Of a stretch of 47,096 bases of DNA, positions 38,346 to 46,969 are shown piece by piece; positions within the stretch are counted from its first letter, which is position 1; each line of letters opens with the position of its first letter. The notes beneath the pieces are model-generated. The model did not search any database. It had not been told where the DNA came from and saw only the letters and a program-made list of their open reading frames with translations. Location of the stretch: contig JACQPE010000083.1 of NCBI GenBank assembly GCA_016207685.1, positions 1-47,096 on the forward strand, in the 5' to 3' direction. Position numbers and translations under genes: made by a program. This stretch comes from Elusimicrobiota bacterium (GTDB lineage Bacteria > Elusimicrobiota > Elusimicrobia > JACQPE01).

Positions 38346-38950
38346 GGCTTGCCCTGTCCTTCCTTTGAGGGAAATGAGAGCACCGCCATCATTGGTTCCC
38401 CTTGCACACGCTCTATAATGACATTTTCTTGTTCAACACGCGCCCTATAAGACGCCAAAACCAATCCCGTGGCGATATGCTTAAGCTTAAAACCATGGAC
38501 AATGAAACTATCTTCAGGATTTGAGACCATGGATAAGAGCGCCATCGGTTCTCCGCGCACATGATCAGTCATTACCGCTTTTAAAATCAAATCATCAACG
38601 CTGAGCGCTTCCTCAATTTCCTTAACCGACGCATACTTCGTCGCGGAGGAACCGCCCGAAGCGCGTGAGTCGCCCCCCGAACCTCCAAACGCAATCGCGA
38701 TAAAAGGATCTCTCATGTTGCGCGCCTTGTAAACGTAAGACGCGGCCGAAGTCGCCGTGCTCAAGGCCGCGGATCCTTCAGCGTGCAAGAATGACCCACA
38801 TGCTCCGATAGAGACAAGGACCAATAAAAAATGCCGAATGCCTAATCTTGCAATCTCGAACGACGAATTTCGAATGACGAATAAAAAGGATTCCTTAATT
38901 TGACATTCGAGATTCGACATTCGAGATTCGCTCATTTCTAAATTCGTCAT
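38342..38950 (-). CDS. PilP-like type IV pilus assembly protein
   Basis: Sits between pilO and pilQ; Y...MRDPF motif; hydrophobic signal after a repeat-derived N-terminal extension. Confidence 0.7.
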   Translation of the reverse strand: MTNLEMSESRMSNLECQIKESFLFVIRNSSFEIARLGIRHFLLVLVSIGACGSFLHAEGSAALSTATSAASYVYKARNMRDPFIAIAFGGSGGDSRASGGSSATKYASVKEIEEALSVDDLILKAVMTDHVRGEPMALLSMVSNPEDSFIVHGFKLKHIATGLVLASYRARVEQENVIIERVQGEPMMAVLSFPSKEGQGKP

Positions 38951-38953
38951 TTT
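38829..38953. repeat. Inverted heptamer (CGAAT/ATTCG) repeat array in the 5' end of the pilP-like gene
   Basis: About 7 AAT..CG units, a short spacer, then about 7 ATTCG.. units. Confidence 0.85.
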
Positions 38954-39520
38954 CTAGCTTCCTTTGTACTGAAACGTCACCAAAGTCAAATTAGCGCTGA
39001 TGCTCACCCATGGTTCATTGGCCGTGGGCGGGGATGGAGAAATACTGACTCCTCGGGCATGAAAAATTCGTTCCGTCTCCCCCATGGCCGCTAAAAATAG
39101 AGCTAAATCGTGGTACGAGCATGTCACCGTTAACCCAAAGGGAATTTCATAATAAAGCTCGCTGCTGGTGATGCCCTGCGGGTTGATCGAACCCATGCGA
39201 ATTCGGAAGCGCCTGGTCAGTTGGTTGATCGTCTGGAGTATCTGTGGCAAATTTTTCTTATCGGGAAGTTTCGCTCGCAGAAAAACCCAAGTTTTTTCAG
39301 CCTGGTCAATTTCACTAACGAGCCTCTCCCGATTTCTCGCTCTGCGATCGAGATCGTCAACGCGTTTGCTTAATTCAGAAATTTTGGCCTTATCGGCTTT
39401 TATTTTCTTGAGAGTAGGCCTTAAGAAATACTGCACATAACCGAAGGTCACCATGCCCGCCATTAAAACGACGGCCAAAATCGTCTGCTGCTGTTGTTTG
39501 GTTAGCTTGATTTTGGGCAT
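38954..39520 (-). CDS. pilO: Type IV pilus assembly protein PilO
   Basis: TM plus coiled coil, KLPDKKNLP, YYEIP...SYHDLALFL...ERI. Confidence 0.9.
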   Translation of the reverse strand: MPKIKLTKQQQQTILAVVLMAGMVTFGYVQYFLRPTLKKIKADKAKISELSKRVDDLDRRARNRERLVSEIDQAEKTWVFLRAKLPDKKNLPQILQTINQLTRRFRIRMGSINPQGITSSELYYEIPFGLTVTCSYHDLALFLAAMGETERIFHARGVSISPSPPTANEPWVSISANLTLVTFQYKGS

Positions 39521-39521
39521 A

Positions 39522-40067
39522 TTAGTTTGGCGGAACCACGGTAAACTTTATCGGGAAACTAACCTGATTTTCCGAACTGCTGATGGCGCCCAAACTGACT
39601 TTTGTAACCTCCGGCATGGACTCGAGACGCTCGAGCCAACGAATAACCGTATCGATGTTTAATGCAATGGCCTGCAGAGAAATTTCATAGCCTTCCATCG
39701 TCTTGCTGGTATTCATGCCGGCAAACCACACCTGGCCCGGCGGCAATCCTTGCACGATAATTTCCATGATCTTTGGATAATCCACACGGCCGACCAGCAG
39801 GGCGTTGACCACATTATTTTTGGAATCAATCTGCTGTTTTTTGCTTTCAAGCTGATCAACCTCTAAGGCAATGGCCTCGAGCTGGACAATGCGATTTTGT
39901 AGGGAGCCCGCTTGGCCGGCCAAGGCCTTGGATTTCATGCTTAAGGTTAACGTCACTGCCCCCACGACAGCGACCACTAGGGCCGCCGCGGCGGCGGCCA
40001 TTGTGGTCGTGCTGCGCTTTTTCTCTCGCTCAATGTATTCCCTGGGAACTAAATTAATCCTAATCAT
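39522..40067 (-). CDS. pilN: Type IV pilus assembly protein PilN
   Basis: MIRINLVP N-terminal motif, TM, coiled coil, LPPGQVW. Confidence 0.92.
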   Translation of the reverse strand: MIRINLVPREYIEREKKRSTTTMAAAAAALVVAVVGAVTLTLSMKSKALAGQAGSLQNRIVQLEAIALEVDQLESKKQQIDSKNNVVNALLVGRVDYPKIMEIIVQGLPPGQVWFAGMNTSKTMEGYEISLQAIALNIDTVIRWLERLESMPEVTKVSLGAISSSENQVSFPIKFTVVPPN

Positions 40068-40073
40068 GGAGCA

Positions 40074-41231
40074 TCAGCCTTTCTTCCAGTCCATCCACAC
40101 CCTCATGCCCAGCCCGCAAGCCACGCTAAAAAGCGGTCCTGCCTCAAAAGACGCTTGCGCCTCCGCAGGCGGCGCCAGCAGGCTGAAAGGGTTAAAAAGT
40201 TCAACAGGCATGCTCATTTGACTGCCCGCAAAAGGAATCAAATTCTTTAACAGCGATCCCCCTCCGGTTAGATAAATCCTATTAATCGATCGTTCCACGC
40301 CGTGCGTTAAATAAAAATCGACGGATTTGCTGATCTCCCCAAAAAGGTCGCTGGCCACGCCGCAGCAAATTTCTGAAATCTTGAGCTTTTCCTCTCCATC
40401 GGAACTAGACGAAAGCTTCGCCTTCTCGGCTTCATCCAGAATAATGCCCACCTCGTGTTTAGCCTGAAGCACCTTGGCAATCTCCCAACCCATGGCATTG
40501 TGCAGCGCTCGCGTGAAGGCCGAACCGGCCACGGCGACATCGCGCACGAGCCTCGGCGTTCCTTTTTCCAAAATCGCAAGATTTGTCACCGTTTCGCCGA
40601 TATTGCAGACAATAATCGTTTCACGCAAAATTTCAGGTTTTAAAGACATCAAATTGGAGAGCGCAAAAGCGTCGACATCCACCACGGCCGGCGAAAGTCC
40701 GGCTATAGAAAGAACGCCTAAACGATTTTCAATCAAATCCTTCTTTGCGGCCACTAATATCGTCTCATACTTGCGTTGGCCCTCTTCGGTGATATCGCTG
40801 ATAATATGGTAATCCAGGCTCACCTCCTTGATGTCAAAAGGAATGAAAGGTTCCGCCTCAAAACTCAATGATTTTTCAAGCTCCTCATGCGGCAATGCCG
40901 GAAGCTTGGCTTCGCGCACTATAACCGAACTGCCTGATATATTCGTCGCCACCAGCGCATTTTTGATCTTTGTCGCTTCAAAAAGCGCTCGAACCTCCCG
41001 GCCAATAAAGGAATTCCTTTCTTCGCCCTCCATAGGAAGGTCTTGAGCCGGCACCTCTCTTGAAGCCGCCGCTTCGATAACCCATGACGGACCTGATAGT
41101 TTCATGCTGATCAATTTAAGAGAAAAAGTGCCGATATCAATGGCGACCATCGGCTTTGATGGCCCTGCCAACGTCTTGGCGCGTTCGGCAAACGACTTAA
41201 TTTTTTGAATGATCTCTTCTTTTCTACCCAT
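40074..41231 (-). CDS. pilM: Type IV pilus assembly protein PilM
   Basis: AIDIGTFSLK, EAEPFIPF, LVAAKK, VDVDAFAL, IYLTGGGS, VACGLGMR. Start at ATG 41231 preferred. Confidence 0.95.
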   Translation of the reverse strand: MGRKEEIIQKIKSFAERAKTLAGPSKPMVAIDIGTFSLKLISMKLSGPSWVIEAAASREVPAQDLPMEGEERNSFIGREVRALFEATKIKNALVATNISGSSVIVREAKLPALPHEELEKSLSFEAEPFIPFDIKEVSLDYHIISDITEEGQRKYETILVAAKKDLIENRLGVLSIAGLSPAVVDVDAFALSNLMSLKPEILRETIIVCNIGETVTNLAILEKGTPRLVRDVAVAGSAFTRALHNAMGWEIAKVLQAKHEVGIILDEAEKAKLSSSSDGEEKLKISEICCGVASDLFGEISKSVDFYLTHGVERSINRIYLTGGGSLLKNLIPFAGSQMSMPVELFNPFSLLAPPAEAQASFEAGPLFSVACGLGMRVWMDWKKG

Positions 41232-41382
41232 CGCCGCTCTCTCTGAAAAGTAACGCATATCGAGCGATGAATGACCCCGGAGGAAAAACATCTCTTATTT
41301 CCATGCGCTCGTTACTCATCGTTAGTTAATCCTCACTGATCCCATATGGACGTGTCGAGTGTATCAGGGGAGACTGGATAAT

Positions 41383-42210
41383 TCAAGAGGAAATGATAAA
41401 AATTAGGCGTTTAAAGATCGCGGGGCCCATCCAAAGCAAAATAATTGCGGCCACCGATAAAAACGGCCCATACGCGATCGGGTCGCGTCTTCCCAGGCGC
41501 TTCAAAGCCAACAAAGGCAAGGCATAGGCCAAGCCCAAGGCCGATGAGACCGCCACCAAAGGCACCAAACTGCGCCAGCCCAGGGCGCCAACGATTGCAG
41601 CCGCCAATTTGACGTCTCCCCCTCCCATTGCTTCAACTTTATAAATTTTTTTTCCGGCCGCGGCAAAGAGCCAATAAATCCCGCCGCCGGCGATCATGCC
41701 TCCCAATGAGCCCGCCATTCGTCCGAGCGGTGAAACGCCCAATAATTCATTGGCAGGTGACGCCAAAAACATCACCAGACACAATCCCAGGCTTAAAAGA
41801 TCGGGAATAGTATAAGTTTGCCAATCAATCGCGGCAACGGCCAAAAGCGCCGTTTGAAAAAAACAAAATGAAAAAAGCATCACCCACTGCGCCATCGAGG
41901 AAGGCGGATATCTGGATGCGACAATCACGGAGCATAACATTGAAACAACCTCCACCCACAGATACTGGAATGCGATTCGCCGGCCACAACAGCGGCCTCG
42001 GCCGCGTAAAATCAAAAAACTGATAATGGGAATGTTATCCAACGGCTTGATAGAACTGCGGCAATGCGGGCAATACGAATAGGGCGGCGCCCAGGGCAAT
42101 TCACCCTTAGGCAATCGCCAAATCAACACATTGGCGAAACTTCCAAATATCGCGCCAATAATAGCGCCAAAAATTAAATGCAGCTTTATAAGTCCAAGGC
42201 CCCCCGCCAT
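41383..42210 (-). CDS. pilD: Prepilin peptidase/N-methyltransferase
   Basis: FGSFANVLIWRLP, SYCPHC, DNIPIISF, ID...IPD, MGGGDVKL, YGPFL. Confidence 0.95.
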   Translation of the reverse strand: MAGGLGLIKLHLIFGAIIGAIFGSFANVLIWRLPKGELPWAPPYSYCPHCRSSIKPLDNIPIISFLILRGRGRCCGRRIAFQYLWVEVVSMLCSVIVASRYPPSSMAQWVMLFSFCFFQTALLAVAAIDWQTYTIPDLLSLGLCLVMFLASPANELLGVSPLGRMAGSLGGMIAGGGIYWLFAAAGKKIYKVEAMGGGDVKLAAAIVGALGWRSLVPLVAVSSALGLAYALPLLALKRLGRRDPIAYGPFLSVAAIILLWMGPAIFKRLIFIISS

Positions 42211-42260
42211 GGGAATGGCGGGGGGCCTCTCAAAACAGGCCCACCTTCTGAAGATGGGCC
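42197..42260 (-). terminator. Tandem hairpins after the pilin gene
   Basis: Perfect 14-bp stem AGGCCCCCCGCCAT-GGGA-ATGGCGGGGGGCCT (42197-42228) and a second hairpin GGCCCA...TGGGCC (42238-42260). Confidence 0.65.
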
Positions 42261-42276
42261 GAACAAGCAGTCAATT

Positions 42277-42747
42277 TTAACGGTTGTTCCAAATGACAGA
42301 CTTGCTGTCATTGTGATTGCAACCAACATAGAAGTGTCCCCAGTTGACCGCCGTATTTTCGTTGATGTACTGCCACTGGCCGCTATCCGTCGTCGATGAG
42401 AATTCCGTCCCAACTGCTACGGTCGAGTTGTTGCCATGGCCCGGATTGTTGACTGACGTAAACGGAGGCACCATTACTTCCGGCATCTGCTTGAGGTATT
42501 TCTGGCCCGCTGACAGCACCGACATGTCATCCAATGGATTAATGCCGTCGCTATCTCCATAATAAATGGAGAGCGCGCTGCGCACGGAAGACATATTGCC
42601 GCGGGTCTTGCCCTCTTGAGCTTTCTTCACTAGGTCGGCGAACTTGGGGATCGCGATTGCCGCGAGAATACCGATGATTGCCACCACGATCATAAGTTCG
42701 ATCAAGGTGAAACCCCGCTCGCCAGACCGATGCGAATGCTTCATCAT
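42277..42747 (-). CDS. pilA: Type IVa major pilin
   Basis: Class III signal RG|FTLIELMIVVAIIGILAAIAIPKF; strong RBS GAGGGGGTGA before ATG 42747. Confidence 0.9.
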   Translation of the reverse strand: MMKHSHRSGERGFTLIELMIVVAIIGILAAIAIPKFADLVKKAQEGKTRGNMSSVRSALSIYYGDSDGINPLDDMSVLSAGQKYLKQMPEVMVPPFTSVNNPGHGNNSTVAVGTEFSSTTDSGQWQYINENTAVNWGHFYVGCNHNDSKSVIWNNR

Positions 42748-43154
42748 TTTTATCACCCCCCTCATCAAAGAACAATCGCCGCTGGGGCTTGGGGAGCCCT
42801 TAACCGGCGCTTCTAGGTTAGCGATTATCAAAGTCAAATGCAAGGTGATCGCGCTCACATTGGCGGGGAGCTATCTAAAAAATTATCCCAGAAACACTAG
42901 AAGTGGTTCCAAAATTCCCCACAGGAATTCGATCCATCGATTCCCCATCTGACCTCCTTGAAGGAGCCGATCAAAATCCCTGTTTCATCTCTTAAGCCAT
43001 GCCCTGAAAATCCCATGAGCGAAATTTAAATTTTACCGTCGGATTCTTTTTGTTCCCAAAAAATTGTCTGAACTCCCCGGAAAATTCTTCCGGCTCCCCT
43101 GGCGCCCGCTTAAAAGGGGTGTTAATTTCAAAATTAATGAGCCGGTAGATTTCA

Positions 43155-43241
43155 CCGAAAAGGCAAACCCGCGGCAACGCGGGGACGCAAAGTCATGGAC
43201 CCCTGCACCCTGGGCCTCTTGGGGGCCGCCAGACTGCCGAA
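43155..43241 (+). ncRNA. Cyclic di-GMP-I (GEMM-I) riboswitch aptamer
   Basis: Consensus GGCAAA-CCCGCG-GCAA-CGCGGG-GACGCAAAG...GCCAGACTGCCG, located in the 5' leader of the 658-aa gene. Confidence 0.9.
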
Positions 43242-43278
43242 GGATCAGCAATGGATGCTGCGGCAGTCTGGTTTTTTT
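43229..43278 (+). terminator. Intrinsic terminator forming the riboswitch expression platform
   Basis: CCAGACTGCCG (43229-43239) / CGGCAGTCTGG (43261-43271) 11-bp stem plus T7. The left arm is the aptamer's 3' strand. Confidence 0.88.
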
Positions 43279-43298
43279 GTTTTTGAGGGAGGGAAATT

Positions 43299-45275
43299 TT
43301 GGGTTTAAGGAGACGTTTGGGGCCGGCATTGTGGCTGGCGGTTTTGGCCGTCCCCGGCTCATTAACAGTTTTCCCTGCCCTTGCTTCGGACATCGCCTCC
43401 TGGGTTATTCCCTCCGGAGGCGCGCTGGGTCAAGGAGCCTTTCAGGCAATCACGGTTGGTCAAGCCGTGGCCGCGCCTTCCGCAGGTTCAATCGCGGGTC
43501 TGGGCTTTGCCCCCACCATCCGCCCCATTGATCTTATGCCTCCAAGGACCTCTTTGCTTCTGGGCTTGCCCAAGTTTCAAGACTCCCAAGGGCTCCTGTT
43601 CATCGCTTCAAGCGCTGTTGCGGCCTTGGCCTCTGTTGATGATCTCCTTGAGATCGCAGACCAAGAGGGGACCGGGGTTCTCGAGCAAAGACTCTTTATT
43701 GACTCCTTGTTAAAAGCCGTATTCTCCAATACTTCTGATCTGCCCACTCCTGGTGATAAACGCGGGCAGGTGTTGACCTCGAGCTTCACCCTGGCCTTGG
43801 AATCCGAGGGCCTCCATCTCCTGGGTTTCTTCGCCCAAGACGCCTTGGGCAACGCGGAGAGCCTGATCACCCAAACGATTGCCCTTGATAAGACTCCTCC
43901 GGTGACCAGAGTCTCCCTGGGGCCATTGCAGCAAAACGTTTTCGGCATCGCCCTTGTTTCCACATCCAGCCTGATCACGCTCGAATCCCTGGACCCTGTT
44001 TCAGGAGGCGTGGCCTGCGGCGTCAAGGCGATTGAATTTAAGATCGAGACCTTAAGCGGGGTCAATGCCGCGACTTCGGGATTTCTTGCCTATGTCTCTG
44101 CCTTCTCTTTGCCCCAGGGAACCCATCGCATTAGTTTCCAAAGCATGGATCAGGTGGGCAATAAAGAACCAGAGAAAAGCATCGTTGTTGCGGTGAGCAT
44201 GCTTGAGGCCGCTGCTCTGACCGGAGTCGCCGGCGTTGAAGCCTCGGGAACAGCCGACATCAGGGGCGGTATTTTTTCCAATGGGGAGGTTTCCCTTAAA
44301 GGAACGGTCAATGTCACGGGTTCCGTGGCCGCTTCCACGATTAGCGTTACGGGCAATGGCTCCATTGCCGGTGAGCGTCGCATCAATGCCCTGACCTTGG
44401 AGGAGGAGCCTATGTCCCTGGCCCTGATGCTTGAAACCGCATCGCTCCATAACGATAACAATCTTATTCCTTCAAAATTTTTAGACCCTGATAGCGCCCT
44501 GCGCGTTGATTCCCAAAAAACCTTGGTCTTGGGCACGGGGACCTATCTTGTCTACGGCTTGACGATCTTAAGCCAGGGTTCCCTTGAAACTCAAGGTCCT
44601 GTCAATCTCTTCATTCAGGGGCCCCTGAGCATCGCCGGAGGCGGTCTCCTTAAGAGCCGGGGAAACCCGCAAGAGCTTTTTATCGCAGTGGCAGGGACCC
44701 ATAGGGTCTTCTTGGGAGGCGGCGCTTCGGCTTCCTTAACGCTCTACGCCCCCCGATCCGGCATCAGCCTGCAAGGCAACGCCTCAGTCACAGGACATCT
44801 ATGGGCCCGCCATGTGACAGCCCAGGGGACCTCTATGGTCATTCAAGCCCCGGAGGCGCCATCCCCTGCATTAACTCAAACAACTCAAAGAACATCCCCG
44901 ACCCCATCATCAGGCAAGGGCAACGGCTTCAAGACCGCCTCGCAGGAAGCCTCCCTGCCGGATAAGGCCTTTGCCCTGCGGGAAGTCTTTGTGTTTCCCA
45001 ATCCCTCCAGGCAGGGCCAAAAGCCTGTTTTCCATGTGGAAGCAGGCCTGGCCCAGGGCCTGGTGATCACTATCTATGACTTGAGCGGCGAGATGCTCTA
45101 CCGCAGGGTGTTGAATGCAACCCCTCAAATCATCGCCAGGGGCGCAGCGCCCCAATACGCCTATGAATACACCCTTGAGGAACCTTTGCCCACGGGAGTG
45201 TACCTCTATCTCATCGAAGCCCAGTGGGACAATTTGGCCCTCAAGCGAGCCGGGAGGTTCAGTGTTGTTAGATAA
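43299..45275 (+). CDS. Secreted surface protein: Ig-like repeats, beta-helix-like region, T9SS type A-like C-terminal sorting domain
   Basis: Signal peptide; D..PP.T...D..GN.E repeats; C-terminal VFVFPNP...ITIYDLSGE...LPTGVYLY...GRFSVVR. Confidence 0.8.
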   Translation: MGLRRRLGPALWLAVLAVPGSLTVFPALASDIASWVIPSGGALGQGAFQAITVGQAVAAPSAGSIAGLGFAPTIRPIDLMPPRTSLLLGLPKFQDSQGLLFIASSAVAALASVDDLLEIADQEGTGVLEQRLFIDSLLKAVFSNTSDLPTPGDKRGQVLTSSFTLALESEGLHLLGFFAQDALGNAESLITQTIALDKTPPVTRVSLGPLQQNVFGIALVSTSSLITLESLDPVSGGVACGVKAIEFKIETLSGVNAATSGFLAYVSAFSLPQGTHRISFQSMDQVGNKEPEKSIVVAVSMLEAAALTGVAGVEASGTADIRGGIFSNGEVSLKGTVNVTGSVAASTISVTGNGSIAGERRINALTLEEEPMSLALMLETASLHNDNNLIPSKFLDPDSALRVDSQKTLVLGTGTYLVYGLTILSQGSLETQGPVNLFIQGPLSIAGGGLLKSRGNPQELFIAVAGTHRVFLGGGASASLTLYAPRSGISLQGNASVTGHLWARHVTAQGTSMVIQAPEAPSPALTQTTQRTSPTPSSGKGNGFKTASQEASLPDKAFALREVFVFPNPSRQGQKPVFHVEAGLAQGLVITIYDLSGEMLYRRVLNATPQIIARGAAPQYAYEYTLEEPLPTGVYLYLIEAQWDNLALKRAGRFSVVR

Positions 45276-46191
45276 GCCCCATGCCTCAAGTCTCCCGTGC
45301 CTTGCCTTTGTCTTATTTTTCCTTCCCTCGCCCATCTTGTGCCAATCCTCCTCCGGCTTCTCCTTTTTGAAAATCAGCGTGGACGCGAAATCCGAGGGTC
45401 TCTCCGGAGCCTATACCGCCATGAGCAATAATGTAACGAGTCTCTACTGGAACCCGGCGGGATTGGCTTGGGTCAATAAAAAAGAAGTCTTGGCCACTCA
45501 TTCAGAGTGGCTCTTGGGGTCCCGGTTCGATTTCCTGGGGGTAGGCATCCCATTGTCAAAATTTAAGGGCTCCCTGGGCCTTGGGGTTTCCATGCTTTCT
45601 CAAAAAGAGCAAGAGGGAAGGGATGAACAAGGCAACAAAACAGGGAGCTTTCCGGCCAATGATGGGGCATTGACTTTGGCTTTGGGCCGCAAGATCAGCT
45701 TATCCTCCCAATGGGGCATGGGCTTGAAGCTCATCCGCAGTCAAATCGCCTCGGACATCGGCCAGGGTCTTGCCCTTGACCTTGGGGTCCGGCATGGTCA
45801 TCGTTTCAACCGGATACCTCTTACCTTGGGAGTCTCCATCTTGAACCTTGGGCCGGGCGTCACCTTCATTGATGAGCCCACAAAATTGCCTTTGACATTG
45901 GCCGCTGGCCTGGCCATTGAGTCCTGGGGAGCGTTTGCCCTGTCGGCTGATTGGCGTTACCGTGTTGATGATCAAAAAGTTCTCTGGGCAGCGGGGACGC
46001 AATACTCCCTTTCGCCTGGTTTTTCCTTAAGAACGGGATATGGCATCACGGATAAGACGGGAGAAGACATTGTATCCGGTCTTGGGCTAGGCTTTGGGAT
46101 TAGTCTTCGGGGATACCAGTTGGACTACGCCTTCACCCCGATGGGAGACTTGGGCAATGCGCATAAGTTCAGCTTGGGAGCGAGGTTTTGA
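45262..46191 (+). CDS. PorV/PorQ-family (FadL-like) outer-membrane beta-barrel
   Basis: SFLKISVDAKSEGLSGAYTA...LYWNPAGLA, LDYAF...LGNAHKFSL, terminal Phe. GGGAGG RBS before GTG 45262 / TTG 45265. Confidence 0.88.
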   Translation: MLLDKPHASSLPCLAFVLFFLPSPILCQSSSGFSFLKISVDAKSEGLSGAYTAMSNNVTSLYWNPAGLAWVNKKEVLATHSEWLLGSRFDFLGVGIPLSKFKGSLGLGVSMLSQKEQEGRDEQGNKTGSFPANDGALTLALGRKISLSSQWGMGLKLIRSQIASDIGQGLALDLGVRHGHRFNRIPLTLGVSILNLGPGVTFIDEPTKLPLTLAAGLAIESWGAFALSADWRYRVDDQKVLWAAGTQYSLSPGFSLRTGYGITDKTGEDIVSGLGLGFGISLRGYQLDYAFTPMGDLGNAHKFSLGARF

Positions 46192-46213
46192 TGAGCAACG
46201 AATCAGGGATTGA

Positions 46214-46627
46214 TCAGATGGGTTTATCCTGCGCCAAATTCAAAAATTGCCGTGGTGAGAGAACAGGAATATTCTCAAATGAAATAACCTTTTGCACCTG
46301 GCGGTCACTGCTCACAATGACATCCGCGCGGGCATCAACGGCGCATTCGAAAAATTTGTCATCTGAAGGGTCGCTGATGACAACCCGTAAAATTCTTCGC
46401 GGTTGCGACAAAATAGTTTTCCCTGAATCTTCGATCAACAAGGAAAGATTTTTTAAATGCGCCTTGCTGATGCCAGATTGCCGTAAAACCCGCTCGTATT
46501 CTTTGGTGATCACCGGCGAGACCGCCACCCGAATCACGCCCGAAATCCAAAAATTCAAAATCGCTTTAGGCGGACCGCCGAAAAATACAGCAGAAAAAAG
46601 CGTGCTTGTATCGATGACTAAAATCAA
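46214..46627 (-). CDS. PIN-family putative TA toxin
   Basis: LVIDTS...E...DPSDDKFFECA...IVSSD. Confidence 0.88.
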   Translation of the reverse strand: MILVIDTSTLFSAVFFGGPPKAILNFWISGVIRVAVSPVITKEYERVLRQSGISKAHLKNLSLLIEDSGKTILSQPRRILRVVISDPSDDKFFECAVDARADVIVSSDRQVQKVISFENIPVLSPRQFLNLAQDKPI

Positions 46628-46631
46628 AATT

Positions 46632-46886
46632 TTAGGGACTTCGTTCTTTGGCCCGGGCTACAAGACGCTCCAGGTCCGGCTCTCTCCATCCATGCCTCTT
46701 GGCAAGCCGTTGACCTTCTTGACAGAGGCGTTCGATACGTTCCTTAAGTTTCTTGTCCCTCGCGCGAAACATCTCTACTTCCAGATGATGAAAAATTTTT
46801 TCCTTCTCCGGCCTCGCGAGCCGGTCAATCTCTTTCAAAAGGTTTCCAGTTTTCGGCGACATAAAAGTTATGGCTTCTACAACCAT
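46632..46886 (-). CDS. Putative antitoxin partner of the PIN toxin
   Basis: Small charged ORF 4 bp upstream of the toxin. Start 46886 or 46862. Confidence 0.65.
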   Translation of the reverse strand: MVVEAITFMSPKTGNLLKEIDRLARPEKEKIFHHLEVEMFRARDKKLKERIERLCQEGQRLAKRHGWREPDLERLVARAKERSP

Positions 46887-46969
46887 AGTTTAGCAGGAAT
46901 TCTTCATGTCGCGCCATGCCTGCGCATCAAGCACACGCAGGCAGCGCAAATATTTACACGGGAGGAATC

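Noticed and set aside
33899-38953. Short repeat arrays as a CRISPR locus
   Set aside because: Units are 7 nt, degenerate and inverted, with no repeat-spacer pattern and no cas genes in the window.
41300-41345. Possible fourth heptamer array between pilD and pilM
   Set aside because: Only weak TCGTTA repetition and no clear complementary arm.
42748-42960. Sigma54 promoter for pilA and the 193-aa extended pilin
   Set aside because: No convincing TGGCAC-N5-TTGC spacing found by eye; the strong RBS supports the start at 42747.
43033-43531. ORFs of 109, 155 and 66 aa across the riboswitch region
   Set aside because: They cross a structured RNA and terminator and overlap the 658-aa gene; no motifs.
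45115-45261. Long N-terminus of the PorV-like ORF
   Set aside because: Overlaps the upstream gene's CTD; the RBS and signal peptide point to a start at 45262/45265.
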